Below, in pieces: positions 48,798-60,989 of a DNA stretch of 64,000 bases. Both the position numbers and the translations under genes were made by a program. The notes below the pieces were generated by a model that had not been told where the DNA came from, ran no database searches, and was given only the letters and a program-made list of their open reading frames with translations. The DNA is from Octopus vulgaris (lineage: Eukaryota). Location: NCBI GenBank assembly GCA_951406725.2, contig OX597836.1, positions 26,660,001 through 26,724,000 on the forward strand. Reading direction: 5' to 3'. The stretch's first letter is position 1; each line of letters begins with the position of its first letter.

Positions 48798-49027
48798 GTG
48801 TGTGTATGTTTGTGTGTCTGTGTTTGTCCCTCTAGCATTGCTTGACAACCGATGCTGGTGTGTTTACGTCCCCAACACTTAGCGGTTCGGCAAAAGAGAC
48901 CGATAGAATAAGTACTGGGCTTACAAAGAATAAGTCCCGGGGTCGATTTGCTCGACTAAAGGCGGTGCTCCAGCATGGCTGTAGTCAAATGACTGAAACA
49001 AGTAAAAGAGTAAAGAGTAAAGAGAGT
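48572..49027 (+). mobile_element. tRNA-derived SINE, family A, full length
   Basis: Head ggcgcaggagtggctgtgtggta with A/B-box-like motifs (ggttcaatccc), internal (TA)/(TG) tract, aaagagt-repeat tail, atcata flanks. Relatives at ~3287-3625, 4940-5100, 61935-62282 (+) and 16225-16415, 39245-39390, 55025-55330 (-). Confidence 0.88.
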
Positions 49028-49049
49028 ATCATACTTTCAGTTTTCTTTT

Positions 49050-49865
49050 GTAGTTGCATATGAGTGGACTATTTTGACAAACAATAAGGAAATATGTAAA
49101 CAGGACATGAAGGTCAAAAACGGATTTGAACTCTTCTGATACTACTTCAGACAATTCTGTCACATCACGTCATGATGTAGATTCAGGCTCTGTTCCTCTT
49201 AGATCTAAATTCAAGCAAACAACCTAGAATGACAGTTACGTACAACAATATATCAAAACAGAAGAAATCTTCAAAAAGAACTTATTGCTACAAATAAGAT
49301 GGAGCAACGAAACTAAATTCAAGCTAAGGTTTATCTGATGATCAACAGTTCTATTTAGCTCGGCAGACCGCTAATGAAGTCTGTGGCAAGAAAAAGACGA
49401 AATTAATAACCACATGTTAATAGAATCATCTCAACCAATGGAAAGACCACTTTCAGAATGTTCTTGGGAAAATTCCAATCATTACTGATAAACCTATACA
49501 AGCTATCATAAGCTATTAACTGAACATCAAAGTGGATAACGTTGCAGCAACAGAACAGAAGTTTGGGCTAAAATGATAGGGAAAAAAAAAACAAAGACCC
49601 TTGGACTGGACAACATATCCTCATGGCACCTGGAAAACTAGAATTTAATGACAATTTTCTCCATCTCCAATCAATGCACTGAAAGCTGTAATTATTCTTT
49701 CCTTTAAAAAAAAAAGTGGGGAGTGACTTGAACTTACTGCAGAGATACAGAGATATTAGATTAGCAGCTAAGATCTGTAACATCACAATTATATCCAGCA
49801 AGAGGTTGGAATAAATTTTTCCATACAAAGTAGACTGAATTCAGAAAGAATTCCTCAACCAGTAA
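49050..49865 (+). mobile_element. Decayed RTE-clade LINE, region entering the RT domain
   Basis: Frameshifted remnants of GLDNI..WKTRxFND, ILPFxKKGDL..YRxI..AAKI and NQNGFRKNRST-like motifs. Confidence 0.6.
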
Positions 49866-50725
49866 AATATTCGCTTCAGATTTTGGCACAAGGCCAGCTC
49901 AACTGATACTTATTTCATTGACCTTGAAAGGACGAAAGGCAAAGTTAACTTCAGCAGAATTTGAACTCAAGAATGTAAAGACAGTCAAAAGGATTAGCAG
50001 TGTTTTGCCAGGCTAACTAACAATTCTGCCAGCTCACCACTCTTAAGAACTGGTAAAATATTGACAGACAAATTATGTGTTACTCATAAGTTTCTCAAAA
50101 TCAGTTTGAATTGCTTCACAGAACTTAAGATCCAACAAATTCTACCAAAATAAGGAATCCTTAAGAAATACTAGATGCAAAAATGATGGTTAATAGAAAA
50201 CAGTTGAAGTAAGGTGCATTTAACAGGTAGGGACAGAAGTTTTTGACATTCTTGGGGTTTTTACAAGGAGACATCCTAGCACCCTTTTTTTTTTTTTATT
50301 CATATTGTTTCAACTGTATCCTCTGCACTTCTATTGATAACAAAAATCAAAGAAATTCCTGACAACCAACTCCTACAATAACAGATGAAGATCATGCTGA
50401 CGATAGTTCTAATGTCAGATATATTCTTCAGGAGTGTCTACCTCATTTCAAAGCCTGAAAGATGCCTTGAGAGATACTAACCAATGGTAACTCTAGAAAA
50501 ACAAAATTCATCAGATGCAATCCCCTCATCGTTCAATAAAACTCATCAATTCTTTCAGACACCTCAAGAGCAATGGAGCAGCTACAGAGGCAGATGTTAA
50601 GCTACAAATCAGCAAATTTTGCACCGCAGTGAAAAGGAATTCTCAACATAATATAGAACATCAAGACACACTTCTGACTTGTTACCAAATTTCTATTGAT
50701 ATACACTGGCTTTGCCGTAATGAAA

Positions 50726-51185
50726 TCTCTCTCTATATAAACGGCAGTTTGTCTGTCTGTGTGTGTGTCTGTCAGGTTGTATCTCACCCTGACCACGGCT
50801 TTCAACCGATTCTGATGAAACTTGACACATACATAGCCCAATGTCATAATTCAAAACTAACACAGTGAAAATTTTGAAAAGTTCCCCCAGTTCTGAAAAA
50901 ATCGATAAATTCGACATGGGGTCGAGAATCTAAGCTTTTTATATGCAACACATTTTCTGGGTTGTACGTGGGCTGTTCACGCGTTGGGAGGCGCAATGAT
51001 GTTTTCATGTTTTCGCCCAAAGGGACAGCTAGAAACATCGTATACACAGAAGTATTCGAGTGAAGAGAAGACATTGCAACCTACACATGCGCCTTCGTTC
51101 CCTAGAGGGAAAGGACTAGATTGGGATTAGTCGTTGCCTACTAGGGGCTCTTACATACCCGGGCAACGCCGGGCTATGCTGCTAG
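50726..51185 (+). mobile_element. Non-autonomous Helitron
   Basis: 5' TC(tctctctatataa), subterminal hairpin cccgggcaacgccggg (51158-51173), 3' CTAG; inserted between A and T with no TSD. Confidence 0.85.
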
Positions 51186-51904
51186 TTTGATGATAATGAT
51201 GAATTTAGTAAAATAGCTGGCATTTCAAAACTGGTGTTTGGAACAGAATTTAACATGAAATTTTGATGGAAAGTTTTAATCTCTCTCTCTGGCTTACCAG
51301 TTTTCAGTCAAACTGTCCAACCCATGCCAACATGGAAAGTGGATGTTAAATGATGATTTTAAACACTAAGTTTCTATCAGTGAACAGGGATGGTAACAGT
51401 TATCTTTCGTCAACAAGGGAGCTTCTACATAGTCACTTAGCTTGATAGAAATAGTAACCAAATCTCCTTCAATACAAGTATAAGAGGGAACTATGAGGGA
51501 CAATCCATTAGAAAAATGTAGAATTGCAAAAATAAAAAACAGAAACACGGTGATTATATGTAAGATGTTAAGAGAAGCGGAATGAAAAAAAAAAACAGAG
51601 AAAAGAGAGTGGGGTAAGCATACAGTTTACTACTGAGTTTTTTTTTTTTTTCATAGCCAGTGATGATAAATGGAGAATAATATAAAATTATTAAACACTA
51701 CCACACGAGAACTAAGGAAAAATACTTGAACACATGTACACAGAAACACACACACCTAAATAACAAAGAACATAATATATTAAGTAAAATAGAAAGACCT
51801 TATACATAAAACACAGAGACACAGCCGGAGGAAAATAAGCAGCAGTGCAAATACACAACACAGACATTGACAGATAAGGAATGGTGGTATGAGTATGAAC
51901 ACAC

Positions 51905-52512
51905 AGGAGGGAGAGAAAGATGGGGAGAGAACGAGAGAAAAATGGGGAGAGGGGGAGAGAGAGGGAGAAAGAGAAAGAGAGGGAGAGAGGAGAGATAGGG
52001 AGGAGGAAGGGAGTGAGGGAGAAAGAGAGAGGGGGAGGGAGGGAGAAAGAGAGAGGGGGAGGAGAGAGCGAGAGAGAGAGGGCGGGAGAGGAGGAGAGAG
52101 AGAGATTGCAATGTTGAGGACTGTTTTTGTTGTGGACATTGTTGTCTTGGCTGTAGTTGGTGTTGATCTGCTGTCACTATTGGATTGCATCCTTGTCAAG
52201 ATGTTAATAGTTGATTCTAATTAATCACAAAATGAGAGAGGGATAGAAGAAAGGGAGAGGCAGAGAGAAAGCGGGACAAGGATATAGACAGAGAGGAATG
52301 AAGAGAAAGAGCAAGGATGGAGAGAGAGAGAAGTGAGGGAGAGACAGTGAGGGAGAGAGTGAGGGAGAGGGAAAGACAGTGAGGGAGAGGGAAAGACAGT
52401 GAGGGAGAGGGAAAGACAGTGAGGGAGAGGGAGTGAGGGAGAGGGAGAGACAGTGAGGGATGGAGAGAAAGAGAGAGAGAGCATGAGGGATGAGAGCAAG
52501 GGGAAGATAGAG
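51905..52512. repeat. Two purine-rich (GA) tracts, including a ~20-bp tandem repeat (gacagtgagggagagggaaa, ~52340-52460)
   Basis: Direct inspection. Confidence 0.9.
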
Positions 52513-55147
52513 ATATCCAAGCATCCTTTCATCAAAGGCTGGTATTAAGCCAGTGTTTTAAAATAAGGGATTTGTTGGCCGCTATAAATCAATCAGTCAG
52601 TCTTATTGATCAAATATATTTATTTCCCAATGAGAGGTTCAAAAAGATACAAAACATTGACGGGTTGGTTTGTTCAAACAAACCCAAGATGACAGGAGCA
52701 AATATAATTGTCAGCAGGACAGACACAATTCTATTCAGTCTGTTTTATTTTCGGGTTTTAACCAAATGACAAGAGTTTCAAATAAGAATCCTTCAACATT
52801 AATCAATCATTCACATTTTTTTAATAAGCAAAAGAAAATAAAAATCGATATTAATTTACAGATAAAAATTATCCCACGATGCTTCTTATACACTATTTGC
52901 AAACTGATTGATCCTCGTGATGGCTGTGAATGATTTTTATAAAGAAGCAGGAAGATTCATTGACAACAGAAAATATATTAACAAAAACTGCAAATTATCT
53001 GATTCATCTCAATTGTAACAGGAATAATTTGACAACAATACCAAGTCCTAAATCCTATTCAAGAGTCAAAGCAATACAAAAACATTAGGGCTTCAGACAT
53101 CTTCGAGAACATTTTGGATGAATGATTTCCCAACATGACATCGTTCAATGTTCACTTTCCCATGCTTGCATGGGCCCAACGGATTTGTTGCAGATTTTCT
53201 ACAGATGGATGCCCTTCCTGCTGCCAATCCTCACCTGTTTACAAGTAAGGTAATGTTCCCTATGACTAGACAGGTCATCACAGTGGGTTGGAAATGAAGA
53301 ACACCACCTGTATGATGGTGACATTTGTTTACAATTATCACAAGGTCATGGCAATGAGACAATAACACACACACAAAAAAAAAGGCTTCTTTCAATTTCT
53401 GTCTACCAAATCCACTAAAAGACACTTGCCCAAGTTACCACGCAGTGGGATTGAACCCTAGACCATGTGGTTGGTATGCTTACTTCTTACAACACAGTTA
53501 CGCCAGCATCTATAATTACAATGTTAGGCTATCACTCAACAGTTTATACTACCAATGTGCTAAATCCCCAACATGCCAAGCGCTTTGTTAACGTGCTGAG
53601 CCCAAATCAATGGGCAAAACCTCCACAACCTCAGATGAGTACCCAAGCATCGGTTGTACACATTCAACACCAGTACTGGTACCTATTTCTTTACTACCCA
53701 CAAGGGGCTAAACACAGAGGGAACAAACAAGGACAGACAAACGGATTAAGTCGATTATATCGACCCCAGTTCATAACTGGTACTTAATTTATCGACCCCG
53801 AAAGGATGAAAGGCAAAGTCGACCTTGGCGGAATTTGAACCCAGAACGTAACAGCAGACGAAATACCGCCAAGCATTTCGCCTGGCGTGCTAACGTTTCT
53901 GCCAGCTGGTACCATGTATGAAGCACCCATGCTAGTGCCATGCATGAAGCACCCAGTACACTGTAAAATAGTTGGCATTAAGAAGGGCATCCAGCTGTAG
54001 AAACCATGCCAAAACAAACAGGAGCCTGGCAGCTCTCCAGCTTGCCAACTCCTGTCAAACCATCTGACTCATACCAGCACAGAAAGTAGGTGTTAAATTA
54101 TGATGACACAATATCACAATTTCATCAGATGAGACACCAATCAACAAACAAGCTATCGACTTAAAGCAAAAGTCCTTTCCAAAAACTATCAACTCACCAT
54201 GTTTATCCCCTTATATAATCTCATGAAAATAACCTTTTTTGTGTTTCACTTAAATTAATCAAAAACACAGATTGGTTTTGTTGTTGAGTTAATAAATAAA
54301 TGTAGTGTTCAAAACAAACAGTTATTACATAACTTGTATTTATTTAAGTTGTATTTATGTCTCAAAACTACAGGTAAATTCAGTGAAATGTAAAATTAAA
54401 TTTTGTAATAATGTCTCAATATAAAATGAATTACTAACCAATATTCGGCTGAGATATGTAATAGAATTGTATTTGAAAGGAAGAAAAAAAATTGTGCATA
54501 TTACTGCATTTTCAATTGAACTTAACTGCATTGAGAATAGATGCAACACAGCACGAAATATTGAACTGATCAAAATGTTGAAAACAAAATACACACACAC
54601 ACACACAAGGAAATTCAGAAATTTCCATTCACAGTAGATTAAAATTGCCAGGGACTAAAATAACTGGAAACTACATAAACGTGAGAAAGTATTTTATAAA
54701 ATTAAAATGTATGTATTAAAAAAATAATATTTCTTACATGGAAAGCTGTAAAGTATCCCAACTCTGTTTTCTGTGTAACACAATCATGCAGAATGCACAC
54801 TGAAAACTATTTTCAATTGCCCAAACCCGGAGAGCTTCCCCCACCACCACAATTTTATGGAGATCAGCCCAGATGCTTCCTACAGGAAAGCTTTCCCCTT
54901 TCTCCAAACAGTCGTTTCTTTGGATGAATAGCCTGCTTTCTATTGTGTAGCAACACCTGCTCAGAACTGCAGATGGTCACAATACTTTTGATTCCCTCCT
55001 CTTAATTTGAGATGTGTGTGTGTGTTTCAGTCATTAGAGTGCTGCCTTACCAAGGCACCGCCTTAAAGAATTTTAGTCAAATCGACCCCAGTATATATAT
55101 ATTCCACGTCCTCGCGTTGTGTTTTTTGTGCTTTCTTGTTTGGATTA

Positions 55148-55196
<49 letters not shown>

Positions 55197-56399
55197 GTAT
55201 ATTTATTTAAACTTGGCACTTATTCTATTGATCTTTTTTTTTTTTTTACCAAACTGCCAAATTACAGGGATTATAAACACACAACACTACATGTCATCAA
55301 TTGGTGGAGGGGGGGAAACATATAAAACCACACACACATTAGTAACCAGTGTTTACCTAACAAATGATCCATACTGTTATACTAGAAACCTATCAGGCCA
55401 TCTGCCAACAATGAACAAGCATTTTCCTGGATTTGTACAACATTCAGGAAGATGCCATTTTCGAGAGGGTGCCAGAATGTTCTTCCCCATGTACTGGTGC
55501 CTCATAAAAATCAATAGTGATACAGCTTTAAAAATAGTATAAGAATTAAATTCATAATATAAGAAACACAGGGTTCATCTGTGCTTCAGAAGCTGGTCGT
55601 TCTAAGTAGCTTTCTAATGCTCATGACTACATTTAATACAAAAAAAAGTCCTAGAATTTCATCCAGGAATATACACGGCCATAGGCAGTCTTCCTTTCAT
55701 TTCCAGCTTATGGATTGTAGCAAGTCCTATGGCTCACTATGTCCTGCAAGTCATAGGTCAGACCAATCAGCATTGATTTTACTAACAGTACAAAGGTCCA
55801 TCATGCTTATGTTAACTAACAAAGCATAGTGGAGGCAGAAAGAGACAGACAGACAGACAGACAACAATCCTACCAATTTTAATTCCAAAGATTAAGTCAC
55901 ACCAGCATAAAAAAAAGACAAAAACAAAAAGAAAAAATGCATAAAGTTCAATTGATGTCTTGTCTAAATTCATTCAGCCCCAGCCCCCACCACCACACAC
56001 ACACACACAATACAAAGGGTTTCAAACACGTCGTCGTCAGTTCTTCTAGAAACAAAAACCATATTGTCAACACCAAATTCTTCTCTAACCTCAGAGAATA
56101 TTAATTACCAAAGTCTAAGAACAAAGCAATCAAATCAATCTTGCAAGCCTTTGTTCCAATCATAAATGATCAAGGAAACCTCTAACACAGTCAATTGACA
56201 AACTGTGGCTAGCAGGACTTTCTGAATGGTACCCAAACAACAAATAACTTCTTTTTTTTTTTTATTTTTTAGTAGTGTGGTCCGTTTGATGACAGTCATG
56301 TCTCATGTGACTCACTTCTCAAGAAAGGATTCCACAATCCTGCCTGACACAAGTCTTAGCTGTCAGTATTTGGTGTGGGGTTTCTGTTCAAGGTGGTGA

Positions 56400-56900
56400 A
56401 TCTCTAGTTTTGAGCAAACAACTGCACTGTAAATTTAAAACAGACTGTCTGGTTTCCGACACCACACCCTTCTGGTAACTCTTGCTATCAAACTGGTGAC
56501 AAATATATTGTTCTGTTCCATTTTGGACCACAATAGTGAAATCTAGCAACTTGGTAACCATAAATCTCCATCCACCTGGCCCAAGACTGCATTCCAGAAA
56601 AATCACTTAAGTGTTGTAAAGAGCACAGGGGGTGGTTGTCTCTCCCAGGTTAGGCTGCAGTTCAAATCCAAACTGACCAATTGGTCTCAAAACCAATACT
56701 TGTCTCTCGAGCCATACAGATGCCGCCAACAACAGATCTGATAAACTACACAAGAGGTGAGAAAATTATCTGGATGACTGTGTCATCATACAAAGTACAT
56801 CTCTTGAATGGATTTTTGTCCATCTCCCTCACAGCAATTTTTAATGAATATTGTCAGGTAGACATAACCATAAAGGTTGTTTGTGACATTGTGAAAATAA
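56400..56900 (-). mobile_element. Possible very old LINE RT remnant
   Basis: Minus-strand LYDDTVI (YADD-like) and LDLNCSLTWER (LGVxLDxxLxW-like) remnants only. Confidence 0.3.
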
Positions 56901-57308
56901 GGCCTATCTGATTATACAAGCACCTCATTCTTTCCCATTTATAAACAAACTTGTCAACTATAACAGTTAATGATCTGAAGACCTGTACAAATCACAGAAT
57001 TAAACTTATTCAGAAATTTATATTTATGCAAGAGGAGTGCTTTAATCCAAATAACAATACCAATTGTGAAAACAATTTAATTTATAGTAGGTTTTTGTAA
57101 GCTTTCATTTTTAAGTTGGAATAGGAAGTCGACATAATATTTTGTTTAAGCACTTGAGTGTTAAAACCGGCATGTTGAAAGAAGAAGAAAAAAAAGAGAA
57201 AAAAAAAGGAAATAAGAAGAAGCCTATACATATTTTCAGAACTAATATTTCTACTGTAGAACTTTGAAAACTTGAAATCAGTTTTAAACAAACAAAATCT
57301 TTTCTTAC

Positions 57309-57353
57309 CACATCTGTTGATGACTTTTTCAACTTGGTCCTATCAATTTTCAT
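57309..57353 (-). CDS. HUWE1: HUWE1 coding exon 1 ([15 protein letters not shown]); the exon probably extends 5' as UTR to an acceptor at 57396
   Basis: ATG at 57353; donor GTG|GTAAGA; 45 nt; upstream TTTTAG acceptor at 57397-57398. Confidence 0.95.
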
Positions 57354-57391
57354 GTTGAATCGACAGTTTGATCGTCAATCATTGGATTCAT
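57350..57391 (-). promoter_or_regulatory. Upstream ORF (MNPMIDDQTVDST*) with its stop overlapping the HUWE1 start codon (AUGA)
   Basis: ATG AAT CCA ATG ATT GAC GAT CAA ACT GTC GAT TCA ACA TGA, between the predicted acceptor at 57397 and the main ATG. Confidence 0.65.
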
Positions 57392-59684
57392 GTGTTCTAA
57401 AAGCAAAACAACAAATAGTTTAGTTTTTGTAGGAGGAAGCAGACAAAAGGAAAATACAGGATCTATTCGGAAATCAAACATGCCCAATTGTTAGAAGTCA
57501 CTAAAATTACAAATCCACTAAATTCCAAAGCAGATGAGAATAAAGAGGCATTTGATGGCACTTTAAATGATTTGATACCATATTTTCAATGAAGTACTTT
57601 GCCTTTGTTTCAATTTTGTCATTATTAAGCTGGTGTTCAGAACAAATTACCATTAAATTTCAATGGAAGGTTTCAAATTAGATCACTTTAAAATTATAAG
57701 TTTTTATCACAGAATGAACATCCACAGGTGTATTAGTATCAAAAGAGTTAACATTTTTATATGTGGAATATCAAAAGCCATAGAGAAAACAAAATTATCT
57801 CATATTCTGTAAAATAAAATTTTGTGATATTATGCTCAATATCAGACTCCTGGATTTGACAGACCATTGGCTAACATTTTTATAAAGTGAAAATTTATGT
57901 TCTACGAGTTTTCTGGACATTTTTTCTCAATAACTTCCCTATATATATTTGAAAGAAACAGGTACCAATTTCACATTCAATTAGAAGAAAATCTGATGTA
58001 TTTAAGAATGAAAAATAAAGTCCAGTAAATGCAACCAAATGTTGAAAGTAACAGGATATTTCAGTTTCTCTTTTTTATTTTCTTTTTGTAGTAAATAGAA
58101 CAGATATAAGGAAGCTACCTAAAATTATCAAATACTGGAGCACAAATGGGCTCCTCATATTTCCTGTATCTTAACCAGAATGCAGTTTTTAAAGGTATTT
58201 CAGTATTGGTATGTATGTATAAAGGCACCAGAGTATGTAAAAAGGAATAAGACCCTTTATTTAAAACGTCTTTTTAGACACTGTACAAAAAAACATTTCA
58301 GTTTTATCAACAAATAGGGTTGTCCATTGATGAAGGGACGATCACATCTGCAGTTATATATGCTAGGCAAACCAACAAAACAGGATGTTAAAAGGTGGTA
58401 TTTTTGAAAAGTGGGTATTGTGACTTTTACACAAAACAAATAACCTAGGGCAAGGGTTAGCATCTTACATTACTGACCTCTTCATAAAAAAAAAAAAATC
58501 ATTGATAATGTGACCCTCACTATAAATTTCTAAAGTAAAATTAAGGTATAATTAACAGTTTCAATTTTTGGCACAGGGCCAACAGTTTTGTGGGGGAGGA
58601 GGAAGTCGATTACATCAACTCCAGCACTTGACATTTTATTGACCCTGAAATGATGAAATTTGAGCTAAGAACGTAGCGACAAACAAAATGCTAGTAAGCA
58701 TTTTGTCTGGCAGGCTCAATGGTTTCTGTCAGCTCACTGCCTTTATTAAGAGGTATAATCAATCTCTTTTGTATCGTTACTGCTTTTTAATAATGTTTAA
58801 GGAAATTTAATGAAAATACTTAATGAAACTGCTAACAAACAATACAAATTTAGTGATGTATTGATATAGTTGGAATATTTTATGGTTTGTTATAAATATA
58901 CATTTAGCAAAAATTAGTCATTGTATCAATAATATTTAGCTGGAAATTGGCAGGTTTAACCTCAAATTACTGAGCTCTTCCAAATTTAGTTAAACACCAT
59001 TAATGCTCAAAATCATTTCGAGTATTAACTGACCCCATCCCCACCTGCTCAATACATACTAGTTTTTGCCAACCCCTGGTCTAGGATAGGATCTCGAAAT
59101 TATCACTTTCATACTGTAAAGAACATTTTTTAACAAGCATTGCAGTTCAACCAAAATTATGGTGGGCTACATGTCATTGCATATGGAAAACAAGTGAAAT
59201 AATCCAATGGGTGAAATTAAATTTGTTAGTGACTGCATACAGCAACAAAAAGAAAAGTAATTTTCTGTCCATTTGTATTCAACTACATGAGGATGAGAAA
59301 ACAGCATGCCATTTAAAAGCAACAGCTACATGGATGGTTATAGATCAGATCTCTCAGATAATGAGCTATTACACAATTAATAGACCGATCAGCAGGTATT
59401 GGTAATACTTGTTTTGGAAGATAAATATGAATAACAAAAAAATAGATAGAAAACAAGAGAAAGACAAAAGTATGGTAGTAAAATATCTCTGAAATTACCT
59501 AACTTCATAAAACAAAAAAAAAGAGTGATTATTGCAAGAAGTTATGCCAGAAGTGGTTGGCAGAAAAGGAAAGCTTTCAGTGGACAGTCAGGTGAATGCA
59601 CATTTTTTAAATCACATTCAGTAAGAATGCCCTATGCAAAGTAGGATACAACTTTCCAAGGCAGAAATATCAATTTATGTCTAA

Positions 59685-59987
59685 CTAGCAGTATCGCCCG
59701 GCGTTGCTCGGGTTTGTAAGGGAAATAACTATATAAGCATTTTTAGAGAGTTATAGCCAAAAAATAGCAAAAAGATGCATTAAAAATGGGGGAAAAATTG
59801 ATGGTAATTTTTTTTTTAATCGTTGACTCATCGTAGACATTTTTAGAGAGTTACTTCCCTTATATAATAGCGAAAAAAAAAATGCATTAAAATGGAAAAA
59901 AAATTATGTTAAATTTTTTTTTAAATCGTAGACGCGCGCTAATATCCAGAAGGGCTCGATATGAATCACGACTTTTATATATAAAGA
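59685..59987 (-). mobile_element. Non-autonomous Helitron
   Basis: Minus strand: A|TCtttatatataaaag ... cccgagcaacgccggg-cgatactg-CTAG|T. Confidence 0.85.
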
Positions 59988-60300
59988 TTTAATTTTATAA
60001 AATATTTTCAAAAGTATCTCATTTTCAATGATAATTTCTCTAACTATACTAGTGAAGCTATTGTAAAGCTAGTGTGAGTAAGAAACAGTATGTGTGCTTG
60101 TATATAAATGTTTCATTTTGTACTTTTTGACCACCATTTTAATAAGTTCCAATATTTTGTGCTATTTTACAGTTACGGTTCATATTGCATGAACACAAAC
60201 TCAACTGGAAATCCAATAATGTGCGCAATTTCTCCAATTTTTTTTTCTATATACCACACTGTATTAAATTTTACATTACTAGAATAATAAGGTAGGTGAG

Positions 60301-60660
60301 CAGGGCTGGATTAAGACCCATCAAGGCCCTAAGCACTTAAAAGGTTTTAGTGTCCCCATAAAAGATTATGTAATTCAAAATATAAACAATAACAAACCAT
60401 AAATTTTTATTTTTGAAAATGAAACAAAACAGTAAGAGAGAAAATAATGTTCATATTTGAAAAGCTTCCTCCTACTTTTTTGAATTGCAAAGTCTTTTAT
60501 CAGGACCTCAAAATTAATCTTAGGTAACACATCTACATCTATACTTAGTAGAGATAAAGGCATCCTGAATATTGTTTTAGCAAGCTTAAAGTGATTTCTT
60601 TTGTGCTGTAAACCATTTACCATTTCTGTGGTGCCCCCTCCTTCTCTTGATGCCCTTAAC
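60301..60660 (-). mobile_element. hAT transposon fragment (C-terminal dimerisation region plus one terminus)
   Basis: LSLLSIDVDVLPKINFEVLIKDFAIQKSRRKLF resembles the hATC C-terminus; cagggctggattaag is TIR-like at 60301. Confidence 0.7.
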
Positions 60661-60868
60661 ATAAAACAGGTAGAATGCTTGGGCTGGACATGGCCAGTTT
60701 AAATGCTAAAAGGTTAAGACACAAAGCACTGACCTTTCAGTTTCCAAACTTGGTAAAATTTAAAACCAAGCTAGACTTGTATGCTCAGTTGTACTCAGTT
60801 GGGCAAGCAACAACATAGCTTCTTATAACTATAAGCACTAAGAATATTATAGAATCAACTAAAGAGAA

Positions 60869-60989
60869 TACAGTAGTACCTCGCATTTCAAACGCCTCTG
60901 ATCATGAATAAACCATGCTCTGTGTATGTGTGTATAAAGCATGATTTAAAGCACAATCAGAGTCATTCGTAAACCGAGGTACTACTGTA
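60869..60989. mobile_element. pogo/Tigger-type foldback MITE (partial second copy 61017-61070; related copy 3669-3787)
   Basis: TA-cagtagtacctcg ... cgaggtactactg-TA, with internal inverted symmetry. Confidence 0.85.

Larger units (their letters stand above)
150..57396 (-). other. HUWE1: HUWE1 gene (HECT, UBA and WWE domain E3 ubiquitin ligase), 5' portion; 39 coding exons, continues past position 1
   Basis: Spliced translation begins [27 protein letters not shown] and follows HUWE1 (recalled human [27 protein letters not shown]) colinearly through UBA, UIM and WWE. All 38 junctions between traced exons are GT-AG with matching phases. Coding total is 5176 nt, or 5200 nt with the distal exon-31 donor. 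Confidence 0.98.

Noticed and set aside
51780-52535. ORFs rich in ER/GE or SL/PS repeats
   Set aside because: Translations of GA-rich low-complexity DNA
54733-55010. Possible cassette exon in intron 1 (GTAAGA donor-like site at ~54737)
   Set aside because: No clear acceptor, no recognisable coding similarity, and exon 1 joins exon 2 without a gap relative to known HUWE1
55012-55542. 176-aa plus-strand ORF
   Set aside because: Runs through a SINE remnant and (TA)n; no protein-like composition
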